A DNA stretch of 5,907 nucleotides, taken from positions 1 to 5,907 of the IMG/VR virus record IMGVR_UViG_3300045988_012538, one strand, 5' to 3'. The number at the start of each line of letters is the position of its first letter. The stretch's first letter is position 1. This document shows, piece after piece, positions 1 to 5,061 of this stretch. The stretch comes from a virus. A model generated the notes under the pieces. It saw nothing but the letters and a program-made list of their open reading frames with translations, did no database searches and had not been told where the DNA came from. Made by a program: the position numbers and the translations under genes.

Positions 1-119
1 ATTTTTTTTGTAACGTATCCTGCAACATATCTATATGTTTCTGGCACTGCTTGTGCTATTTGTATTTGACCCATGCCCCATAGTTTTTCCAGCCATTTAC
101 TTGTGTAGTATCCGTTGTG
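1..119. repeat. Terminal direct repeat, copy 1. Overlap from linearising a circular genome; identical to 5789-5907.
   Basis: Base-by-base comparison: attttttttgtaacgtatcctgcaacat...gtgtagtatccgttgtg occurs at 1-119 and again at 5789-5907 with an offset of 5788. The Rep reading frame runs in phase through the junction. Confidence 0.97.
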
Positions 120-662
120 TTGTATCTTGTATAGGTGTTCCAGGTCTGTTGGTTGCCATCCGTACAATATCATGTGATAGTGTGGTCTTGCTGTTTGTTC
201 TCCGTATTCCCCTGCTACAAAATAGCGTAATTTGCCCCTATAAGCCTTCCTGAGACGTTTTAAGAACTTTTGAATGTCGGGATACAGTAATGTTTGGACG
301 CTTTCAGGGCGCTTCTCTCCCGGTTTCCAGACGTATTGTACTTTTCGCATGATTTCGCCTGTGTTTACTATCATGCCTGGTACATGGTCATCATCATAGG
401 TTAGTGTGATAAACCAAACTTCTTCTTTTGGATAGTCTCGTGCTTCTAATTCTATTCGTGTTGTCCAATCCTCCCTTTGTCTGATTCTGCATCCGATGCA
501 CTGTCCGCATGGTATTAGCATGATATCTTTTCTAAACATTAAATCTTCATATTTTAGCTGTTTTCCCGCTAACTGAGAATAGCGGGAGAGTGTATACACC
601 CTCCCGCTAATTTCTTTGTCGTTCGGGTTGTACAGCCTAATTAATGGCTTGTAACAACTCAC
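1..662 (-). CDS. VP4: Replication initiator VP4 (HUH rolling-circle endonuclease), N-terminal part. It continues through the circular junction into 5788..5431, for 339 aa in total if it starts at GTG 662.
   Basis: My translation of the minus strand: (GTG)SCYKPLIRLYNPNDKEISGRVYTLSRYSQLAGKQLKYEDLMFRKDIMLIPCGQCIGCRIRQREDW...VWFITLTYDD...RPHYHMILYG...WGMGQIQIAQAVPETYRYVAGYVTKK. HUH motif HYH is at 182..174. The paired catalytic tyrosines YVAGY are at 29..15. The frame is open from 671 downward, with no ATG upstream of 539. GGAGGT lies 11 nt upstream of the GTG. The ORF is absent from the track because it has no stop inside this end of the window. Confidence 0.9.
   Translation of the reverse strand, partial: MSCYKPLIRLYNPNDKEISGRVYTLSRYSQLAGKQLKYEDLMFRKDIMLIPCGQCIGCRIRQREDWTTRIELEARDYPKEEVWFITLTYDDDHVPGMIVNTGEIMRKVQYVWKPGEKRPESVQTLLYPDIQKFLKRLRKAYRGKLRYFVAGEYGEQTARPHYHMILYGWQPTDLEHLYKIQHNGYYTSKWLEKLWGMGQIQIAQAVPETYRYVAGYVTKK
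564..610. repeat. Nucleotide-level repeat and inverted-repeat cluster inside the Rep 5' coding region.
   Basis: TCCCGCTAA occurs at 564-572 and 602-610. Its complement TAGCGGGA lies between them at 580-587. The 10-nt palindrome GTGTATACAC is at 590-599. The two direct copies fall in different codon phases of Rep. Confidence 0.8.
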
Positions 663-1495
663 TTTTTGATTTCACCTCCGCCGCCGCCATGCTCTGTTCC
701 GCTTTTGCTCTTGTGCGTTTTGCTTTGCGATTTTGTTGCTTTTTCTATTGCTTTTCCGGTATCGCTTCCGATGTTTGTTAAAGCCTTTGCTAATCCATAA
801 GGCGTCATTTGCGTACTACTGAGCATCTGTTGCCAGCTTTGTGATGCGTTGTACCAGTCGCTTTTACTCCAGCTATTGCTTTCGTATGCGTTCGGTACAA
901 ATCCACCGCTTCTGCTTACTCCTAGTGCGCTACTGCTTGCAAGTCCCATGCTTGCTCCACTAATTGTTCCTGCTGAACCGCCTGGTGTGCTTGCTCCACC
1001 GTTTGCAAAGGCTAGAATTGGATTCAGTCCAGCTTTTTTCATATCTTCAACGGCTCTTTGATATGCTGTATTGCTCATGTGCTCTTGCCATTCGCGGTTT
1101 GCTAGTGCTTCTGCACTGTTGTAGTTCATTGCTACGCTGTTTTCAATGTGGTTGTATACGCCTTGCATGATTGCTTGTAAGGTGTTGTAACCCATCTGTT
1201 TTAACATGCTTTGACTGTTGTATTTGCCTTGCATGGCCGCTTCTTGCCCTTGGTATGCATATGCCTGTTTAAGCCAGTCGTTTACCTGTTGAACGTTTGT
1301 TCCTGAATGACTTCCGCTTTCTGAATGACCGCCGCCTTCGCTTGTACTGCCTCCGCTACTTTGGCTGTTACCGGTTTGACCCCATCCGCCGAATATTCCA
1401 GCAACGTCTTTTGCCGCTCCGGCGACTGTTCCGATTGTATTTGCTACGTTTCCCGCTACGTTTAAGCCGGTTAAAATTCCTGATAATACACTCAT
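659..1495 (-). CDS. VP2: DNA pilot / minor capsid protein VP2.
   Basis: 278 aa with an ATG start. It has a Gly/Ser-rich N-terminal third and the conserved microvirus VP2 core REWQEHMSNTAYQRAVEDMKKAGLNPILAF. It sits immediately after VP1, as in gokushoviruses. Confidence 0.9.
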   Translation of the reverse strand: MSVLSGILTGLNVAGNVANTIGTVAGAAKDVAGIFGGWGQTGNSQSSGGSTSEGGGHSESGSHSGTNVQQVNDWLKQAYAYQGQEAAMQGKYNSQSMLKQMGYNTLQAIMQGVYNHIENSVAMNYNSAEALANREWQEHMSNTAYQRAVEDMKKAGLNPILAFANGGASTPGGSAGTISGASMGLASSSALGVSRSGGFVPNAYESNSWSKSDWYNASQSWQQMLSSTQMTPYGLAKALTNIGSDTGKAIEKATKSQSKTHKSKSGTEHGGGGGEIKK

Positions 1496-1497
1496 TT

Positions 1498-1523
1498 AAA
1501 AATAGCCCGGATTTCTCCGGGCT
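1498..1523 (-). terminator. Hairpin plus T-run between VP1 and VP2; candidate intrinsic terminator or attenuator.
   Basis: Minus strand reads TAA GAAAGGAGGA AGCCCGGA-GAAA-TCCGGGCT ATTTTTAA ATG. This is a perfect 8-bp GC-rich stem (1504-1511 / 1516-1523) with a GAAA loop, followed by ATTTTT, in the sense orientation of the operon. Confidence 0.6.
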
Positions 1524-1533
1524 TCCTCCTTTC

Positions 1534-3207
1534 TTACAGTTTGTACAAGCCTGGCACACTGTACAATGGCATCCGTCTCGTGGTTTTGTTCGTTACTCGG
1601 ATTGCGCCGAAAAACTGCGGCTCATTCTGTACGATGAGTGTACGCGCAATTTCTTCTTTTCCTTCTGCCATCCAGCTTTGCGACAGTGTTGGTACGGCTG
1701 AATAGTAGTCGGCATAATGCCAAAAGTCCAGTGTTCCTGTTGCGTTGCTTCTCATCAGACCGCTTACTCGGTTTGGTTTCATTCTGTAGTCTGCCCAGGC
1801 TTCTTGGTATCCGAATGTATCTTCATCTGATGCTGCGCCGGTGAGCATGATTTCTTTCTTTTTTACAGGCTGCTCTCCTACGTTTGCGAACTGTGGTACA
1901 TAATAGTCCAGTCTGTCCGTTCTGCTCCAGAATCGTTCCAAGCCTTGCTGGTAACTGTGATTGTGTCGTACGCAACATACTCCGATTATAAAGCCGTGTT
2001 CTTCAAAGCTCTTTGTGAAGGAACTTTCATTGATTGGCGTTACTGACATTGCGCCAGTTTCACCGATAGGTGTGTCTGTATTGCTCTGCTGTCCGCTTGT
2101 CTGCACGATTTGGTTCATATTGACATGGTATCTGCCACCGCCAAGGTATTCCGGGATTTGTACAGTTTTATCCGAGATTACAACGTCCCACAGTGCTTGT
2201 ACCTGTTCGCGGTATCTGCTGCCGCCTCGTGCAAGTGCTTCGTAGTACTGCTGTACTGCTACCGCTTTTCTTAGGTCGTTGATGGTTGCTGCTGTTACAC
2301 TGCTGAGGTCTGCGCCTAGGTATACTACGCTATGGTCTGTGTTTGTTCCGTCTCCGATGTTTAAGTATGCTGACCCTGTGCTTCCATCTTCTGCGATTGC
2401 ATACAGTCTGTTTTTGACGTTGTCCGGGTTTGTGCTTCCGTCAAAAAAGCTGTTTGCATATAGAAGTGTCTTTTCTTCAAATTTATCATTTGTGAATCCG
2501 CTTATTTTTGCATTGCCCTGCATCGGCAGTGTCACTTCCGGGCCGCGCTGAGGGTACGGCAAACAGCTGGTAAAGTAGTCGTGGAATTTGTTTACAGGTA
2601 AGCATCTTCCTCCCTTTATTGCTTCCAGCAGTGTTCTTTCTATTTCATCATTGCTTGTGTCGAGGTATGTCACGTCCTCATCACCTGTTTTAATTACTGC
2701 CGCATTATCAACGTTTTCATCTCTGAAAAATTCGTTCCAAATTTTCACATATCCTCTGATGGGTAATGCGTTGACCTCGAATTTCCCTTTAATTTTTGTC
2801 GGTACTCCCATGTAGTCCAGGATTGAATTTTCGTATGGTAGTGCAGCTTGATTCGTACCCATTATTTTAATTTTGGGTACTTTGTATTCCTTTGTTGGCA
2901 TCCATGGCGTGTCTTCTACTTCTCCCATGAACTGTTTGAAATTATCCCATAAGATGCGATTCGGACAATAGAAGTAGTAGAAGTCGATAAATGCGTCGTC
3001 CATCACCGGATACTTTGGCGTGGTCATTCTGATGATTGCTGCCGTGTCCACGCTGAAGGTATCGCCCGGTAATACCTCATCAACATAGAATGGAATCAGT
3101 TTGCCGGAATCGAACGTTGTGAGAATATTCTGGTCGCGGTTGAACCGTGTCCTACTTGCTTTCATTTCCGGAATCTGGTTAAAGTGTCTTTCATTGTTTC
3201 GATTCAC
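1534..3207 (-). CDS. VP1: Major capsid protein VP1 (phiX174 F-like capsid family).
   Basis: 557 aa. The N-terminus HFNQIPEMKASRTRFNRDQNILTTFDSGKLIPFYVDEVLPGDTF is the hallmark microvirus capsid N-terminal block. The start codon is GTG at 3207..3205, with AAGGAGG 7 nt upstream. The first ATG (M15) would remove conserved residues. Confidence 0.95.
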   Translation of the reverse strand: MNRNNERHFNQIPEMKASRTRFNRDQNILTTFDSGKLIPFYVDEVLPGDTFSVDTAAIIRMTTPKYPVMDDAFIDFYYFYCPNRILWDNFKQFMGEVEDTPWMPTKEYKVPKIKIMGTNQAALPYENSILDYMGVPTKIKGKFEVNALPIRGYVKIWNEFFRDENVDNAAVIKTGDEDVTYLDTSNDEIERTLLEAIKGGRCLPVNKFHDYFTSCLPYPQRGPEVTLPMQGNAKISGFTNDKFEEKTLLYANSFFDGSTNPDNVKNRLYAIAEDGSTGSAYLNIGDGTNTDHSVVYLGADLSSVTAATINDLRKAVAVQQYYEALARGGSRYREQVQALWDVVISDKTVQIPEYLGGGRYHVNMNQIVQTSGQQSNTDTPIGETGAMSVTPINESSFTKSFEEHGFIIGVCCVRHNHSYQQGLERFWSRTDRLDYYVPQFANVGEQPVKKKEIMLTGAASDEDTFGYQEAWADYRMKPNRVSGLMRSNATGTLDFWHYADYYSAVPTLSQSWMAEGKEEIARTLIVQNEPQFFGAIRVTNKTTRRMPLYSVPGLYKL

Positions 3208-3602
3208 TTTTCTTCCTCCTTCACTTCAGATTCTTTTGTCGGTTCTTCCTTTGCCATTTTTTGAAGTTCTTTAAGCTTCATGGCGTTTGCCTGTGCGGTC
3301 GCTACCATGCGGTGATACTCGTGAATATTCTGCGGAAATTCGGTGATATCTACTTCTGTTCCGTTTAGTGCTCCTTCGGACAGACTTTTCAGAAACTGCG
3401 GGTCAAAACTTGCTTTCCGGACAATGTTTTTGATGTCGCATTCTTCCGCATAGCTTTCGATTTCCTGCTGTATGTCGATTGGTTCAGTTTCTTGTAACTT
3501 TTCTTTGCCTTTCTCGTCTTTTGTCCAGACGTATTGTTTTCGCATTTTTTCGCCCGGTTCAGAAAAGAAGGGCTTTCGCCCTTCTTCGTATCGTTTATTC
3601 AT
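3204..3602 (-). CDS. VP3: Internal scaffolding protein VP3.
   Basis: 132 aa, acidic and helical, located directly upstream of VP1. The segment GTEVDITEFPQNIHEYHRMVATAQANAMKLKE resembles the D-I/T-x-x-P ... A-x-N block I recall from gokushovirus VP3. GGGAGGG lies 8 nt upstream of the ATG. Confidence 0.72.
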   Translation of the reverse strand: MNKRYEEGRKPFFSEPGEKMRKQYVWTKDEKGKEKLQETEPIDIQQEIESYAEECDIKNIVRKASFDPQFLKSLSEGALNGTEVDITEFPQNIHEYHRMVATAQANAMKLKELQKMAKEEPTKESEVKEEEK

Positions 3603-3834
3603 GCGGCTTGCCCTCCCAGACCTTTTCGGTGTCGTTCGTGAATGTGCCGATTTCGTCTTCGAATACTGCCAATTTGAAGCCGGTATAGTCGCCCGGCTCC
3701 TGTCCGATAAAGGTTTTTTCGTCCTTTGCCATTACATTGCACATACGTGCAAAGGTTGCGTTGTTTTTGTTTTCGCCTACCCATGCATAGCACTTTGCTA
3801 CGTTGTCCCAGACGCCATAGTAGTTGTGTTTCAT
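3595..3834 (-). CDS. Conserved small microvirus non-structural protein (VP5-like), 79 aa.
   Basis: MKHNYYGVWDNVAKCYAWVGENKNNATFARMCNVMAKDEKTFIGQEPGDYTGFKLAVFEDEIGTF... fits the pattern Y-x-V-x-D ... N-x-x-x-A-x-R-x-F ... P-x-DY-x-L ... G-x-FD-x-x-x-G, which I recall from small gokushovirus proteins. ATG 3834 is preceded by AAAAGGAGAAAAAACA. The track's longer form starts at a GTG (3870) and would overlap the basic ORF 3851..3973. Confidence 0.65.
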   Translation of the reverse strand: MKHNYYGVWDNVAKCYAWVGENKNNATFARMCNVMAKDEKTFIGQEPGDYTGFKLAVFEDEIGTFTNDTEKVWEGKPHE

Positions 3835-3850
3835 TGTTTTTTCTCCTTTT

Positions 3851-3973
3851 TTACAGCCGGATGCCACCACGCATAGGTTTCTGGCTGAGGTTGATGTTTT
3901 TGGTTTTGCGTGCGGTTACGTTAAACATACGGCGGTCTTTTGCGCCGTTCATGGTTTTACGATGCCGTGCCAT
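3851..3973 (-). CDS. Small highly basic DNA-binding / packaging protein (phiX174 J-like, gokushovirus ORF8-like), 40 aa.
   Basis: My translation: MARHRKTMNGAKDRRMFNVTARKTKNINLSQKPMRGGIRL*. It has an Arg/Lys-rich N-terminus and the C-terminal MRGGIRL typical of these proteins. AGGGAG lies 8 nt upstream of ATG 3973. The stop TAA is followed 16 nt later by the next gene's ATG. It is below the 60-aa track cutoff. Confidence 0.72.
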   Translation of the reverse strand: MARHRKTMNGAKDRRMFNVTARKTKNINLSQKPMRGGIRL

Positions 3974-4184
3974 TGTTATACTCCCTTCTCATCAGTTCCA
4001 GTTCTATAGCGTTTGCAAATCTCTTCATTTGCCAAATTTCTTCTATCAGTCTTTTTGCATCTTCGATCTTTGACATTTTTCTAAGCATTTTGTAATTGCT
4101 ATCGATTTCTTTGTATTTTCGTGTGAGCAGTTCTTTTAGTGCTTCTTCGGTCTGGTCTCTTACGTTCCATGTTTTGTTCATCAT
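3957..4184 (-). CDS. Hypothetical helical protein, 75 aa.
   Basis: MMNKTWNVRDQTEEALKELLTRKYKEIDSNYKMLRKMSKIEDAKRLIEEIWQMKRFANAIELELMRREYNNGTAS. AAGGAG lies 7 nt upstream of ATG 4184. The track's 95-aa version starts at a TTG (4244) with no SD. I recognise no family. Confidence 0.55.
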   Translation of the reverse strand: MMNKTWNVRDQTEEALKELLTRKYKEIDSNYKMLRKMSKIEDAKRLIEEIWQMKRFANAIELELMRREYNNGTAS

Positions 4185-4188
4185 GGTT

Positions 4189-4311
4189 TTACTCCTTTTC
4201 CTTTTCGTTGATGCTATCATGCAGTGCGTGATAGATTTCGTCAAGCTTTTCCAGAATATCCATCATCAGCCGGATTGCCTGCTTGACGTCTTTAATGGAA
4301 ATCAGTGCCAT
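4189..4311 (-). CDS. Hypothetical small acidic protein, 40 aa.
   Basis: MALISIKDVKQAIRLMMDILEKLDEIYHALHDSINEKEKE*. AAAGGGGGT lies 5 nt upstream of ATG 4311. It fills the gap between the peptidase stop (4313) and the next ATG (4184) exactly. It is below the track cutoff and I recognise no family. Confidence 0.45.
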   Translation of the reverse strand: MALISIKDVKQAIRLMMDILEKLDEIYHALHDSINEKEKE

Positions 4312-4312
4312 T

Positions 4313-4702
4313 TTATACCCCCTTTCTGTATTTGCTGGTTCTCACGTCTAAGTGTACCCAACTTTTGTATACGATAATGCCGCATTCATTCGGTGTGATT
4401 TTATTCAGTTCGTTGGCAATTTCTTTTGCGCTCATTCCATTTACTCGAATGTCTGCAGCCATACCGCACATATGGTAACTGTATCTTGCTCCCCCGCATT
4501 TCTTGTTCCACTCTGGTGTTCTGTATCCGCTGGTGATGATGACAGGTTTTTCTGTTTTGTTTCTGAGAATGTCTAAGATTGATACGAGGTGTTCGTCTAT
4601 AAATACTACTTGAGAGCCGTCTTTACATGCAAATTCTTTTACTTTAAAGTGCTGTCCTACTTTTTCGTTTGCGTCTCTTGCCATGAAATAGCTTTTAATC
4701 AT
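4313..4702 (-). CDS. Peptidase M15 family zinc D,D-/L,D-peptidase (cell-wall hydrolase, putative endolysin), 129 aa.
   Basis: The sequence SGYRTPEWNKKCGGARYSYHMCGMAADIRVNG ... WVHLDVR matches the M15A/VanY-like signature: SGYR..N..GG..S.H-x6-D, plus a second HxD. The track start at 4711 is a TTG. ATG 4702 has GAAGG about 9 nt upstream and overlaps the upstream stop as ATGATTAA. Confidence 0.85.
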   Translation of the reverse strand: MIKSYFMARDANEKVGQHFKVKEFACKDGSQVVFIDEHLVSILDILRNKTEKPVIITSGYRTPEWNKKCGGARYSYHMCGMAADIRVNGMSAKEIANELNKITPNECGIIVYKSWVHLDVRTSKYRKGV

Positions 4703-4877
4703 TTTCGTCAACCTTCTTTACTTCCGTTATTTCGTATCTGTCAAGCCCGTGCCCCGTTTCGTCGATTAACCGTTGTACAGTAACGTTTCTTGCGTCTACA
4801 GGGTCAATCGCGACAACCATATAGCAATCGTGGATTTTTTCAGTGTTATTGTATACGTACACGTTGTATCTCTTCAT
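4695..4877 (-). CDS. Hypothetical protein, 60 aa; first gene downstream of the large intergenic region.
   Basis: MKRYNVYVYNNTEKIHDCYMVVAIDPVDARNVTVQRLIDETGHGLDRYEITEVKKVDEND. It has an ATG start with GAAAGGA 12 nt upstream. Its stop overlaps the peptidase start. I recognise no family. Confidence 0.55.
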   Translation of the reverse strand: MKRYNVYVYNNTEKIHDCYMVVAIDPVDARNVTVQRLIDETGHGLDRYEITEVKKVDEND

Positions 4878-4908
4878 GGCATTGCACCATCCTTTCCCCT
4901 TCTATTTT

Positions 4909-4920
4909 ATTATATGTCAA
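4909..4920 (-). promoter_or_regulatory. Candidate sigma70/sigmaA-type promoter element for the gene string.
   Basis: Minus strand reads TTGACATATAAT. A consensus -10 TATAAT (4914..4909) directly abuts a consensus TTGACA (4920..4915), about 32 nt upstream of ATG 4877. The two hexamers are not at canonical 17-bp spacing, so only one can act in a given promoter. Confidence 0.35.
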
Positions 4921-5061
4921 TAGCTTTTAAAAGGGTTTTTGCGTTTTGTAATAATTTTGTAACCAGCCTGTACTCCTTTGTTTTGAATGGCGCTTTAGCG
5001 CCTTGCCGTATGGAGCGCAGCGGAATTCGGCTGAATCCGTTCCTTTTTAGCGCTGTGCGCG

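Noticed and set aside
1-119. Interpreting the 119-nt end duplication as a biological terminal repeat, an att duplication or a mobile-element boundary.
   Set aside because: The repeat lies inside the Rep coding sequence and the ORF reads continuously across it. Microviruses are circular. This is the usual signature of a circular contig or wrapped window.
537-539. ATG 539 as the Rep start (298-aa form).
   Set aside because: It has no SD upstream. The frame stays open for 44 more codons, and the upstream peptide (SCYKPL...) resembles conserved VP4 N-termini. It is kept as the fallback if homology does not support the GTG.
1368-1559. Minus-strand 63-aa ORF overlapping the VP1 end, the hairpin and the VP2 start.
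   Set aside because: It has a GTG start buried in the VP1 C-terminus with no SD. It spans the terminator hairpin. Its arginine-rich low-complexity product is typical of an alternate frame of Gly/Ser-rich VP2 coding sequence.
3599-3793. Minus-strand 64-aa alternate-frame ORF inside the 79-aa gene.
   Set aside because: It is fully embedded in another frame of a gene with a recognisable conserved pattern. Its product is basic and low-complexity, and I saw no SD.
3835-3870. Longer 91-aa form of the small non-structural protein, starting at 3870.
   Set aside because: The start is a GTG without an SD, and it would overlap the basic 40-aa ORF. ATG 3834 has a textbook AAGGAGA SD, and the conserved pattern begins right after it.
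4185-4244. Longer 95-aa form of the helical orphan, starting at 4244.
   Set aside because: The start codon is TTG with no SD. ATG 4184 is preceded by AAGGAG at 7 nt. The upstream space is better explained by the 40-aa ORF 4189..4311.
4703-4711. Track start of the peptidase at 4711.
   Set aside because: The codon is TTG and it abuts the purine-rich SD with essentially no spacing. The in-frame ATG at 4702 has proper spacing and forms an ATGATTAA overlap with the upstream stop.
4989-5061. GC-rich patch with GGCGC-TTTA-GCGCC, a repeated TTTAGCGC (4994 and 5046) and an imperfect CGGAATTC/GAATCCG pairing, considered as a small RNA or tRNA-like element.
   Set aside because: The stems are short (5 bp) or imperfect. 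I could not build a cloverleaf or any recognisable RNA fold, and no adjacent terminator supports an sRNA. It is noted only as part of the control region.
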